Assembly (NCBI RefSeq): GCF_963921235.1
Contig: NC_086097.1
Span: 82,152,001 to 82,216,000 of the forward strand
Direction: 5' to 3'
Origin: Mobula hypostoma
Taxonomy: Eukaryota
DNA length: 64,000 nucleotides
Shown here: positions 51,535 to 64,000 of the stretch, piece by piece
How positions within the stretch are numbered: the stretch's first letter is position 1
How the letters are laid out: every line of letters begins with the position of its first letter
Notes under the pieces: generated by a model
Told to the model about the DNA's origin: nothing
Databases searched by the model: none
The model's input: the letters and a program-made list of their open reading frames with translations, nothing else
Made by a program: the position numbers and the translations under genes

Positions 51535-52891
51535 CTGGTTCACCGATTGGTTTTAAAATCACATAATTTGTTAAACGGAGATCTGTTTTTGAAATTTGTG
51601 TACAGTCAAGGTGTTTCAATTGATTGCAGTAAAAATACACCTGTATCTGGAAGGTCCAACTACTAGTGAGTCAGTATCCTGGCAAAAACTACACCATGAA
51701 GACAAAAGAACACTCCAAGCAACTCGTGTAAAGGTTATTGAAAAGCAGAAGTCAGGAGATGGATACAAGAAATTTTTCAAGTCACTGAATATCCCTTGGA
51801 GTACAGTTAAGTCATTCACCAAGAAATGGAAAGAATATGGCACAGCTGTAAATCTGCCTGAGCAGGCTGTCCTCAAAAGCTGAGTGACCATGCAAGAAGA
51901 GGACCAGTGAGAAACCTCTGACAACTCTGGAGGGGTTATAAGCTTCAGTGGTTGAGATGGGAGAGACTACGCATACAACTATTAGCTGGGTGCTTCACTA
52001 GTCACAGTTCAATGGGAGAGTGGAAAAGAGAAAGCCACTGTTGAAAAAAAAATAAAATGAAATCTCACCCAGAAGGCATGTGGGAGACTCTGAAGTCAGC
52101 TGGAAGAGGGTTCTATGGTCTGCTGAAACCAAAATTGAGCTTTTTGACCACCAGACTAAACGCTATGTTTGGTGGAAGCCAAACACCGCAAATCATCAAA
52201 CACACACCATCCCTACTGTGAAGCATTGTGGTGGCTGCATCATGCTGTGGGGATGTTTCACTACAGCAGGTCCTGGAAGGTTTGTGATGGTAGGGGATAA
52301 AATGAATGCAGCAAAATACAAGGAAATCCTGGAGGAAAACCAGATGCAGTCTGCAAGAGAACTGCAACTTGGGAAAAGATTTGTTTTCCAGCAAGACAAA
52401 TAACCCCAAGTGTAAGGCCAAGGCTACACTTAAAAACATCAAAGGTAATGTCCTGGAGTGGCCACATCAGAGCCCAGACCTCAATCCAATTGAGAATTTG
52501 TGGCTGAACTTGAAAAGGGCTATTCACTCATGATCCCTATACAATCAAACAGATCTTAAGTGGTTTTGTAAAGAAGAATGGGGGAAGATATGCAAAGCTG
52601 ATAGAGACCTATCCACACAGAGTCAAGGCTGTAATTGCTGCCAAAGGTGCATATATTAAATACTGACTTGAAGAGGGGGGAATACTTATGCAATCAATTA
52701 TTTTGTGTTTTATATTTGTAATTAATTTAGGTCACTTGGTAGAAATCTATTTTCAATTTGACACGAAAGAGTCTTTATCTGTTGATCAGTGTCAAAAAAG
52801 CCAAATTAAATCCACTGTGATTTAATGTTGTAAAACAATAAAACATGAAAGCTTTCTGGGGGTGGGTGGTGAATACTTTTTTTAGGCACGG
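51535..52891 (+). mobile_element. Degenerate Tc1 transposon
   Basis: GYKK..KSLNIPWSTVKS..KKWKEYGT (HTH), VLWSAETKIELF, KHCGG, FQQD and WPHQSPDLNPIENLW; right end gaatactttt..aggcacgg followed by TA. Confidence 0.88.
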
Positions 52892-53712
52892 TATATAGCT
52901 CAACGAAACATCATTCCTCCTGGGCCAGGATACAAAATGCAGTATATAGAGTCATGCACAGCACATATATGGTAGTTATGATCCAGCACATACAGGACCA
53001 AAATAATATTAGCACAAGTCCCTGGGTGGCATCAATGGTGCATGGGATGTTGGCCTGGAGCCACATTTCTGCAAGAACAAACACACAGCAGTTCCACATC
53101 TTGTGCTGGGTCAGTTGCACATGAAGGCAATCTAGCTTGACTTCCAGGGAGAAAAAATTGGATAGCTGTACCGACGGGACTGAATGGACCGGCCACACCT
53201 CTGTCCTCTCCCACACCGCCTCCGGCCCCTCCTACCCTTGGTGGCTGCAACAGGTGATGCTGTGGCATGAGGGCCTGGTCCATGCAACGGCTTGAGGCCC
53301 TGAGGCCACACAGTTCATCTACATCAGCCTTGCCAATGAACTAATGAACTGCCCTTACAGTATTTTGTATTACCAATGTCCAACAGAATCTTTCATCACT
53401 AGAAAAACATTTAAGACAAACATTTGTACTATTTGTTGGACCTGGAGAGGCCGCTGTGACTAAGCAGACCACTATCTTACTGGAAGATCTCTATTTATAT
53501 TGGGCTGGTTTGTGATCCTAGCACATAGACACAAAGCTCCTGAATGCTCCTTCTCCACTTTAAGCAGTCACAAGCCAGATATTCTAAGGAGATGTTGCAT
53601 TCTTTTTAAGGAGGTTTAGGACATATCCTTGAATTTTTTTCCTCTAACTGCAAGATGATCTCTTCCTATGACTCAGTTTGGAACTGATTTACTGTTTTAG
53701 GAAAAATTCAGT

Positions 53713-53885
53713 TGCTGGAAACACTCAGCAGATCAGGTTGCATCGTGGGAAGAGAAACAAAGCTAACATTTTGGCTCCAAGACCTGAAGGCTTGCCTTCT
53801 TCCTAAAAGGTCTTTGAACCAAAACATAAACTCTGCTTCAATTCTTATAAATGCAGCCTAACCTACTGAGTATTTCCAACGTTTT
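53713..53885. repeat. Older PLE-end foldback mini-element
   Basis: tgctggaaacactcagcagatcaggttgcat is inverted against atgcagcctaacctactgagtatttccaac. Confidence 0.55.
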
Positions 53886-54699
53886 TCTTTCGTTTTTATT
53901 CAGGAGTCAGCTGTAGACATGCACACCCATCTTAAAGCAGTTGTACCTTGTTGTTGGAGATGTTGATCTGGGAGAGAGCACCAGCATTAGTTGGCTTACC
54001 CTACCAGTGGATTTAGAGAACAATTTAGAGACAATGTTGGAGGCATCCTTCCTGTGCCTTGAGAAACCAGTCATTTGAGAAGTGCAAGAGAGGTTGGGGA
54101 TCATTGTTGCTTAGTTTACTAGAATATAGCATTGTGAAGTGTAGAGTTATGCTCTTTGGTAGGAAAAATAAAGGCATAGGCTATTCTCTAAATGGAGCGT
54201 ATTCAGAAACTGGATATGGAAAGAGACTTAAAAGTACTAGTTCAGGATTCACTAAAGGTTAACTTGCATTTCAAGAGTACTAGAACATAAAACAATATGT
54301 ATAACTGAGGCCTTATGAGACATTTGTTCAACTGTATTTGGAATACTGTGAGCAATTTTGGGTCCATCTAATGAAAGATGTTCTGGTCCTGGATAAAGTC
54401 CAGGGGAACTTCAAATGAATGATCCCAGGAATGATAGGCTTGAAGAATGTGCATTTGGAATCAGTGTGCATTTCACCAGTGGCAACTGCTTTTGCAGAAA
54501 GTTGGCTCCTGAGATATTAGAGAGGTCCACGTTTTCTTTTGCTTGCTCTCAGCCTCTTGTTCAGCACAAGCACAAATGTCAACTGTGCACAGCAGCACTT
54601 ATGAGGTTAAGATGATATTGTCTTGGGACTGTAAATGATGATGCTGGTTCCTTTACCATTTTGGCACTTTAGTAAGTTGACATTGTGATCACACTGTTG

Positions 54700-56998
54700 G
54701 GGAAACATAGGCATAATTCATAACCACCGACATGAGTTGGGGTTCACTTTAAGAGGCTGGTCTGACACGATGATATAATGACATGAAGATTTTACTGTGC
54801 TTTATGTTCTGTGTTTGGTTGACAATAAAGGAGTTATTACAGTTTCCCTTCAACTTAAAATGCCTCTGCCCTTCTTTTATGAAAACCTACACTGGTGACT
54901 CTGATGCTCTAGGATGATTCCAGAGTTATTCAATATGTAAGCCAATGCAGGCGCTTTGAAACTCCTAGAGTTTTGGGAGCAAAATACTGTCGCTTGGTTC
55001 GTACAAGCTGAGGCCCATTTTGCGCTGTGAGAAATCTCTATACAGTACCAGATATTACTACGCAGTGGTGTCACTCACTAGTTTCACAGCAGTGAGAGTG
55101 GTGACTCTGCTTGAACACCCACCTGAATGCGAAAATATCGTACACTAAAAACTCACCTTTTGCAGACTTTTGGACTATTGGAGACTGAGCTCACCAAACA
55201 GTTGCTTTCCTTGCCTGGCCTAGGGGATGCTAGACCTTTGGACCTAATGGACCACATGTTCTCTCTGCAGGGAAATCACCACCCTTGTTTCATTTTTAAA
55301 GAACTCTTCATGCAGCAAGTGACTGATCAAGTTTGCATAGCCCTCGCTAATACACCTGTGAAAGACTATAGGGAACTTGCTAAAATAGCTGATGGTCCAC
55401 AGTCAGTCAGACAGAGGTGCATCATTCCTCCTCCTTTCTCTACCACAATAAACTCAGTTAACAAGGTGCTCAACCTGTGGCTGCAAAACAGAAAGCACCA
55501 GGTCTGTGCCTTTGCCACATTCACCTAGGTGCCACGAAGTGTCGACCGCCTCACTCCGATAGTGATTGCCTTAACGAAGTCACCAACCCCAATTCTTACC
55601 CAGTTGCATATGTTCAAGAATTTTCAGCATGTTTAGCTGTAAAGTTAATTTTTTCTAAACTTGACTTAGTTAGGGGCTACCATCGGGTGCCTGTGTGCTT
55701 GGAGGACATTCCCAAAACAGCTGTGATAACCCCATTTGGCATCTTTGAGTTTCTTCTCATGCCCTTTTGGGCTGGAAAGTGAAGCACAGACTTTTCAATG
55801 GCTGATGGACTTTGTATTTAATGTCTTAGATTTTCTTTTGGTTTACCTGCATGATATACTGGTCACCAGTGCATCCAAATCCAAACACGTAGCACCTCTC
55901 TGCACACTTTACGAGTGTTTAAAGCCAACACGGCTTGATTACTAATCCAGTCTGGGTTGTCAACCTTGGCCATCGCATCTCTGCAGAAGGTGTGAAATCC
56001 ATCCCATCAAAATTCTCTGCTACTCTGGATTTCCCACTGCCCCGCACTACTAAAAACCTACAAGAATTTTTAGATATGGTGAATTTCTGTCACCGCTTCA
56101 TTCCCCGGGCTGTTGAACTTATGCTCTCTCTGTACAGTGCCCTTAACTGCCAAGGCTATGCCCCTAACCATGTGCTTGACTGGTCAATGGACATGACCAG
56201 AGCATTTGACACCAAATGAGCTCTTTCCAACACGACCCTACTGGAGCACCCGCTCCCCAATGCACCTATAGCCATTACTACTGACACCTCAGACTATGCT
56301 GTGGGTGCTGTGCACAAACAATTGGTCAGAGGTGTGTGGCAGCCACTTGCTTCTTCAGCCAGCAGCTCCGTCCTCCTGAAAGGAAGTACAGCACGTTTGA
56401 CCACAAGGCTTCTTGGTCTCTGAGGTCTTCCCTGACTGTTGAAAGCTGGCATGATCATCTCCTGTGTTTTCATCCACTATAATGCACACTGACATCCCTT
56501 TATCCTCCTTACGATGGCCCATTCCGCACACTGGAATGGGGAGAAAAAACTTTTATCATAGATAGGAGGGGTAAACCTGAATGTGTTTTGGCAGATCACC
56601 TTACACCGGCCCACCGAGATCTGGAGGATTCCACTACCATGCCTCTGGCATCGCGGCATGACCATGGGCTGGACAATGCATCTCTGGAAGAGCCAGAGGC
56701 ACCTGCTGTTGTGCCACCCCTGGAACATAGGACCCGAGCCAGGTGGCTCATCCAAGCTCCAGACAGGCCCACAGTGCCATTTCTGGTGAATTCTGGGGGG
56801 AGGTGCCTGTGTAGAATAATGTAATGGGTAATTCACAATCACCGATACTGAGTTTGGGTTCACTTTAACCTGACTTGACGTAACAATCTGAGGTTTTTAC
56901 TGCGTTTGTGTTCTGTATTTGGCCAACAATAAAGGAGTTGTTACGATCTCCCTTAAACTTAAAACACATTAGCATTTTATTTTCGAAAACCTATAACA
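54700..56998 (+). mobile_element. Internally deleted Gypsy LTR retrotransposon with both LTRs
   Basis: LTRs at ~54700-54891 and ~56808-56998; PBS tggtgactctgatg (tRNA-Trp-like); gag WFVQAEA; RT FSKLDLVRGYH, KTAVITPFG and VYLHDIL; RNase H TDTSDYAVGA; PPT at ~56795-56803. Confidence 0.88.
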
Positions 56999-57304
56999 CA
57001 AAAATGCTCCTGACTTAATTTTGTAGGGAAGCTGTGTGTCATGTTGGCATTTTACTAAAGACATCACAGCTCGGTTTATTGCCCGCCGCAGTCTTGCTAG
57101 AAACCAAAAGCAGAATAAGCACTGACTTGTCATTGTCAAGGTGACCATGGCCATGAGTTGTTATGCATTGGGCTCCTAAAATGCTCAAGATATTTGTGAT
57201 TTCCTTTTCTTTTTCATTCACCCAGTAACTCATCCTATTGTGCCTTGACTCTGCTTATTCTCCAAGCCATCCTGTATTGAGAGGGTTGCCTACAAGTGCA
57301 CCAT

Positions 57305-57645
57305 ATTCCAGTCCAGATGAAGGGACCTTGAACTGCCCATCACATCCCCCTGGAGCTCCTACCCCACCCCCCTTCCCTTTCTTCCATGGTCTTATGTCCT
57401 CTCTTATCAGATTCCCCCTTCTCTTTCACCAATCAATTTCCCATCTCACTCCCTCCTCCTCCCCCAGTTTCACTTATTACCTGACAACTTGTACTTTTTC
57501 CTCCCCTCCCCCCACCTTCTTATGCTGACTTCTCCCCTTCCTTTCCAGTCCTGATGAAGGGTCTTGGCCCAAAATGTCGAATGTTTACTCTTTTCACTAG
57601 ATGTTGCCTGACCTGCCCAGTTCTTCCAGCACTTTGTGTATTATT
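57305..57645 (+). mobile_element. PLE terminal segment with a decayed hammerhead (57547-57582)
   Basis: agtc-ctgatga-aggg-tcttgg-ccc-aaaat-gtc-gaat; GAAAC has changed to AAAAT by CpG-type substitutions. Confidence 0.7.
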
Positions 57646-58630
57646 CCACATTGTGTCTCCAATCCTTTCAGCGCCTGTCACACATCTCTCTGGAAACCTT
57701 TTGGAACTTTAAAATCCCGAAGCAATTGCAGCAACAGCAGGTGGAAATCATTCAGACAGCAACATGAAAGGAGTTGATATCCTTACCAAACAGAGCAGTG
57801 GTGTGTTCTTCCTGCTGGTGAACACATGTTCACTTGGATGTTATTATGAGGGAAACGATCAGCTTCAGAAGGGCAGGGCAGATTGACATGAATACTAACT
57901 GTGGTATCAGCTGTGTATGACTCCTTCTCAGGTCATTTGGGCACATGGTGTGCAATATGACAAATGCTGATACACGCATCAAAGACTATCTTGGTTCTAC
58001 GGCTCCTCCCTCTTCCTCATCCAAAATTCATGCAATGGATCAAAATTTTATGCTTAAGCTCTTGACATTCATATTCCTTGCTCTTTCTGGAGCTGTGGTA
58101 ACGCAAAAGCATGTTCATCCAGGATGCTTTGCCTGAATCTCAGAGTGACGGTGATGTTGTGGTTGCATTTCACCAAGACAAACAGTAAATAAACATTGCC
58201 ATTATATAAATCAACAGGAATGAACAGCTAAAATGAACAGGAATGTGACTAACATTGCCTTTGATTTTTCCTTATTCTTGTAAATGCTTGAATCAGTGAA
58301 GAGGATCTTCAGAAAACAAACCCTGGGATATGTAGCTTCGGTCTCGTTATGAAGTTCATTGGCACAAGGGCAGTGGGGGTAGTTAAATACTGATCTGAGA
58401 GATGCGAAGACATTTGTTTACATGCATCCACTGCCTCTTCCTTGGAGTGGCATTTCAGGAATCGTGCTTCCTGTCTGCTGGCCTGCTATGAAACCTTACT
58501 TGTCATAATGCAGAAGAAGACGTTTAAGCACAATGAACTAATGCAAATTCCCATTCCTCCTCATTCCCCTGTAGCACAGAATCAGCTTCTCTCTCACATG
58601 TTCATCATGTTGATTCATTTGCTCTTTAGC

Positions 58631-59139
58631 TATCAGGATGCTGGAGCAGGGCTCCAATTGCAGACCCTGTACTGTGCACACAGTGATATTAATTGAGTAA
58701 CAAAGCCTGGGGTGCAAACAAAGTCGGTGTCAAGGTTCAGGCAGAGATCAAAACATCCGGAGAAATCCAAAAACTAGAATTTGGAAACAGACAGGGTCAA
58801 TATTCAGAGAGAGAGAGAGAGAGATTACAGATACAAATGCTAGAAAGGCTCAGGAAAATTCACTGGCACAATCTGGCAACAAACAGGTGAAAACACAGGA
58901 CTGAATTACACTGAGCAATAAACAGAGAGGCAGATGATAGGTGGAGCACAATGAGACAGAAGTGGCAGCAAAACAGGTAATAATGAGAAACAGGTGAGAG
59001 ACAGAGTACTCAGTAATACAGGGGCCGGAGTAGAGCAGGAGCGGGGACATGAGCACATGAGCACATGGCAATACAACACCACAGACTGACAGCTAGGGGA
59101 AACACACAAAACGACAGAGTTCAACTGGAGGTACTGACA
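58631..59139 (-). mobile_element. Solo LTR (Gypsy-like)
   Basis: Minus strand starts TGTCAG and ends CCTGATA; repeated CACCTG motifs; 5-bp flanks ttagc / ttacc. Confidence 0.65.
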
Positions 59140-59149
59140 TTACCTAAAT

Positions 59150-59335
59150 TAAGGGATGATTTACAGTGGCCAGTTAACTTACTAGCAAATCTTGGAGATA
59201 TGAGTGGATAACAGAAACCCACACTGTCACAGGGAGAATGTGTCAATTACACACAGAGAACACCAGAGGTTATTATCAAACCCAGGTCCCTGGAAGTGTG
59301 ATGCACCTACGTTAACTATTGTGTGACTATGCCAC
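59150..59335 (-). mobile_element. Degenerate V-SINE
   Basis: gtcacagggagaatgtg..cacacagag..aaacccaggtccctgg is the reverse complement of a tRNA head + V-domain. Confidence 0.6.
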
Positions 59336-59929
59336 TCTTTTCACACCGATATCGCAGACTTGATAGGATAACACTTATCCTCGAACAATGCAGATCTTTT
59401 GATTCTGTCCTTCAATCTTCACCCTCCTATTATTTCTCTGCAGCTTCAGCTTCCTGTTGTGATGCAGGATAAATGAGAGCCAATTGTACACAGCAAGGTC
59501 CCACACACACACACACATGTAATAGCCAGTTCATTGTTTAAACCGTGTTGGATGAGAGAAAATGTTAGATCAGTGTTAGTTAGGCTAATTGTTTAAATTG
59601 TTTGAGTTTGCAAATTCCTCCTTAACTCTTGTTTGTCACTGAATGAAGTTATTTGAAATGAGGAAGCTTGAATCAATAATTTATTGTGAAAGTTTAGCTG
59701 TCAAAGATGGATATACTGTATAATTAGGCTGGAGCCTTGAATTTTTTCACTGTGTTCTTCTACATTGCTTCATGATAAATGAATCACGGCTCCACTAGGA
59801 ATGACTTTTCACGTGAAGCTTGACAGCTTGAGTTCATAAATTGCCAAGGATTGGTCCCTGGGACATTTGAGTCTGGTTTTCATACTGACAGGTGTACTGT
59901 AGCTTTGTTTTGCTCTGGACATTTAATTT

Positions 59930-60470
59930 AGACCATAAAGGCGTACGCTAAAGGAACAGAATGAGGCCATTCTGCCCATTGAGTTGGCTCTGCCATTCAA
60001 TCATGGCTGATTTATTTTCCTTCTCAACCACATTCTCCTACTTTCTCACCCTAATCTTTGACACTTCTACTAATCAAGAAACTATCAACCTCTGCTTTAA
60101 ATATATCCATTGACTTGGTCTCCACAAGCCATCCGGGCAATGAATTCCACAGATTCACCACCCTCTGTCTAAAGAAATTCCTCCTGATCGTTGTCCTAGA
60201 GGGGCACCCTTCTATTCTCAGGCTGCACCCTCTGGTTTTGGACTCCCACACAGTAAGAAACAGCTTCTCTACGTCCTCACTAAGTGGGCCTTTCGATATT
60301 CGGTGGTCTTCAATGAGATTGCCTTCCCCCTCCCCATTCTCTTAATCTCCAGTGAGTACAGTTTCAGAGCCAACAAATAGTCCTCATACATTAACCTTTT
60401 CATTCCTGGAATCAGTCTTGTAAACCACCTTCTCCAATGCCAGCACAACCTTTCTTAGATATGGAGCCCA
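59930..60470 (-). mobile_element. CR1 3' fragment
   Basis: SKTRGCSLRIEG..FFRQRVVNLWNSLP plus a CR1 3' UTR. Confidence 0.85.
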
Positions 60471-61799
60471 TATCTAGGATAAATGAGAGCAGCTACATAT
60501 ATTATTAGCATACTATTTATTACCCTTTGTGGATGTTAAATACACACTGACCTTGCCATAAATGATTTATTTTTTAAAAAGTACTGGACTAAGTAAGATT
60601 GGATCCTTATGCCATGTTGTGTCCCAGGCAGTACAAACTGATGGCTAAGTTCTGGTGCCTGTATAAGTTAGGCCTGATAATGGAAGAAGTATTACAGAAG
60701 ATAGTGTCTTTGAAGATGTAGGTAATGCAAATAATGATGCATATTTTTCATACAGACTGTTCAGCTCCTGCTTGGTTGAGTTATAGATTTTACAATGTCT
60801 ACTATCTTTCTAATTTTTCATAACACATGTGCTGTTATTTGTCATATCATGCAACCTTCTGTATTCCCCTGTTCCTCCAATATGTACTTAAATATCAAGT
60901 TAAAAGATTATGCTTTGTTTTGCTTCGATATTCCACTTAAGAAACTGGTTTCCATAGCAACTGAGTTCTTCCACTCTGAGAGAGACCAGGATAATAAAAT
61001 GAAGTCCAGCCATTTACTCCAACAGACATATTAACGTGGGATCTATATTGTAAATGCTTGTTTCATAAGCTTGCATTGTTTTCTGCTTTTGTAATCTATG
61101 TTTGGCTGCACTTTGTTTTGCAAATAAAAGGTGGAGAACGATACTCTGGATTTAACTAAATTGCTTTAAGTATGAAATTTTACTCTGAAATAAAAATTGT
61201 TGTAGCTGGTGTTGCTACACAAACTTCCAAAAGGAGGCACCTGAAACATTGCAGTCTCAACATGGGTATGTTTGTCAACCTTATAATTGCAAAAAAAATT
61301 TAAAGAGAATATTTCCTTGTATATAATTACTTTCTTTCTATTTGGCTGTCTAATCCACTGGTCTGCAATGACAAACCACTTCTGTAGAAAATTTTGCCGA
61401 GAACCATCTTGGTCATGGGACTATGATCGCCCACATCATATGACATGGCACGTAATGAATGAAAGAAATCTATTGACACATAATGGACATGAACAAAATA
61501 TGAGAAGAGAAATTCTTGCAGGCAAAAGAATTTAATGCCCCCATGGAATGTGATAGTGATGGTATAATTTGATTTGTGCTGTTGATTGAGGGATGTAGAC
61601 CATGACAAAGTAAATACCATTGGGGGGCAATAGTCTGTTGGTTTAATGTTTCACCAGGAGGGCTGCACGGTGGCAATCCCTCAATTTTATTCTGGAATTA
61701 CCATCAATATTTTTATGCTTACATCTCTGCTCAGAGATGAGAATGCTAACAAATGATCCACGGTTGTAAATGAACAAGGATTTAAAATAAAAGGTAGTA

Positions 61800-62700
61800 A
61801 TTTCTTGGGTAAGCCATGATTTGATGCAATCTCTGCAAGTTCTTCACGGCATCGTTCCAAGGGTCAACCACTGAGCTAATATAATCGTTAGCCTTCCATC
61901 AATATTTCTGAAATGGTAATTGAACAATGTTCAATTCAATTTAGAACACTTAAGGAAAGGAAGCAGCACTTGCCTGCAATCAGCAAGAAGTAGACAACTC
62001 AAGCAATGGCTAATGTCACTTGGGTCCTAACAAAGATCATCCCTAGTAAGGAAGAGCCTAATCATCTGTCCATGACAATTTACGGTATTATCCTCGTCAA
62101 ATTTTCCCACCAAACTACTAGGACTACGGTTGACTAGAAACTTAAATGGACCATACACACAAATGTAGCATGGCTTCAAGGTCAGAAGCTAAGTGTTTTG
62201 CGATGAATGACTTGCCTCCTGATTTCCCCTTCATTTACAAGCTTTTGGGTCGATGTCTGATGGTATGCTCTTTGCTTGTCTAAATGAGTGCAGATCTGAC
62301 ATCTCGCTAGAAGGTCAAAAGCATTCAAAACAAAAGGCTTAAATTAATTGGCATATCTTCCACCATCCTGCAAGTCTATTACTTTAAGCACCAGCGCACA
62401 ATAACTGCACTGTGTGCCAACCCCAAAATGCACTACAATCACTTTCAGAGGCTACTCAGAGAGCATCTCTGAAAGCTGTGACCCCTATCACCAGAGAGTT
62501 AAAGGCAGCAGATGTATCAGAGCATCACCATCTGCTTGTTCCCCTTCAAGTCTCACATCATCCTGACTGAAAACGTGCTACTGCCCCTTCATCATGCCAG
62601 AGTTACAATTCTGAAACATGCTGCTCAACAGCCCGACTGGTAAGGGTGTATATTGTTGTTTCCAGAAATTACAAAAAAAATAAATAAGGCAGTCAATTGC
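61800..62700 (+). mobile_element. Old L2/CR1-group LINE 3' fragment
   Basis: Decayed D.KLKW..H coding stretch and ttccccttcaagtctcacatcatcctgact 3' segment; heavily mutated. Confidence 0.45.
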
Positions 62701-62996
62701 ACATGCAATTAGCACAATTGCAAATTAGCAAGCTAATTACAATTCTTAAAAGAAACACAAAACATTAAAAAAAAGATCCCACTGATTTTACTGCTTCACA
62801 GGCAAGCAAATTATAAACAAATTCTTGGAATTAACAAATAGGATTAATTTTCAGACAGTTTATCTTCAACAGGGATTGTTGAAGAGTAAATGTGGGTCAT
62901 AATACCAGAAGAACTTGGGAACTCGTCTGTAAATTTTATTGTAGGTCTAACTCACCTGCACAAGTGGAAAATACCTTGATGGCAGCAACTTTTATT

Positions 62997-63340
62997 CAGA
63001 TAGATAGATAGATAGATAGACAGATAGACATACTTCATTGATTCCGAGGGAAATTGGGTTTCGTTACAGTTGCACCAACAAAGAACAGAGTATAAATATA
63101 GCAATATAAAACCATAAGTAATTAAATAATAATAAGTAAATTATGCCAGATGGAAATAAGTCCAGGACCAGCCTATTGGCTTAGAGAGTCTGACCCTCCA
63201 AGGGAGGAGTTGTAAAGTTTGATGGCCACAGGCAGGAATGACTTCCTATGACGCTCTGTGTTGCATCTCAGTGGAATGAGACTCTGGCTGAATGTACTCC
63301 TGTGCCCACCCAGTACATTATGTAGTGGATGGGAGACATA
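62997..63340 (-). mobile_element. Short Rex1/Babar 3' end, same family as the 12.4 and 16.1 kb copies
   Basis: HNVLGGHRSTFSQ..TERHRKSFLPVAIKLYNSSLGG; (GATA)n tail at 62997-63030. Confidence 0.9.
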
Positions 63341-64000
63341 GTGTCTCAATAGCAGTTGGGACTTTTGCTCATTACTCCAATGCACAGAGAGGGCTGTAAT
63401 CAAATGTTTTACATGCAGAACCAGACTACAACAAAACCTGGAATAAGACAAGCCGAAGGCACTTATACATTTTATTGTTCATTAGATCAGATAATCAATG
63501 ACGACCTGTATTTCCATTGCTGGCAGAAGGTATTAGCAGTGTTACCGTGAGAAGTATTTGCACTAATGCTACATTGTAAAAGTTGCTAAAATGATGCATT
63601 ATAATTTCAGCAGAGGCTAATTGTGTTTTTCTGAAAGCTTGGAACTGTGTGGTATGGACAATCCAACAATGTTCTGCCATTTATGAAGCAAGTTGTGTTT
63701 CTATTGGAATGGTGGTGCTAAAACAAGTGTTCTTTGAAAGTACAGTATGTATTGTTAAGACCATAAGTTAGGAAGATTTGAGATCTCCATTGTATTGTTA
63801 CTGACTTCTGTAAGGAATTAGATTCTTGACAAAAAATGAATATATTCAGTACTGATTTATTTGCAAGAGATTCTGTTGATCACTAGATTAGATTAGATTA
63901 TGAGGACACACAATCCTCTTTTATTGTCATTTAGTAATACATGCATTAAGAAATGATACAATTTGTTCCTCCAGAATGATATCACAGAAACACAACACAA

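Noticed and set aside
57672..57740. Plus-strand 69-nt exon candidate (RLSHISLETFW..QQQQ)
   Set aside because: Weak donor, no partner exons and no recognisable homology.

Overview
Repeat-saturated vertebrate genomic DNA. The HE1-type V-SINEs, esterase-ORF1 CR1s, Rex1/Babar LINEs and Penelope ends point to an elasmobranch, probably a ray (inference). Most of the window is nested transposable elements: a near full-length CR1, several truncated CR1 and Rex1 copies, a degenerate L1/Tx1, a HERO/NeSL-type fragment, Penelope-like (PLE) pieces with hammerhead ribozyme motifs, three Gypsy LTR element remnants plus a solo LTR, and DNA transposon remnants (Tc1, Tigger, hAT, piggyBac-like, AcademX). The only host-gene signal is a CpG-rich promoter-like island at ~27.3-27.8 kb. 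It has paired ZNF143/ACTACA motifs and a candidate 33-codon first coding exon on the minus strand, which I cannot assign to a gene. I cannot demonstrate a new biological system from the sequence alone. The best leads are the hammerhead-centred PLE foldback mini-elements, the AcademX remnant, the unassigned first exon and a three-level hAT/hAT/Tigger composite. Boundaries of decayed repeats are approximate and were judged by eye.
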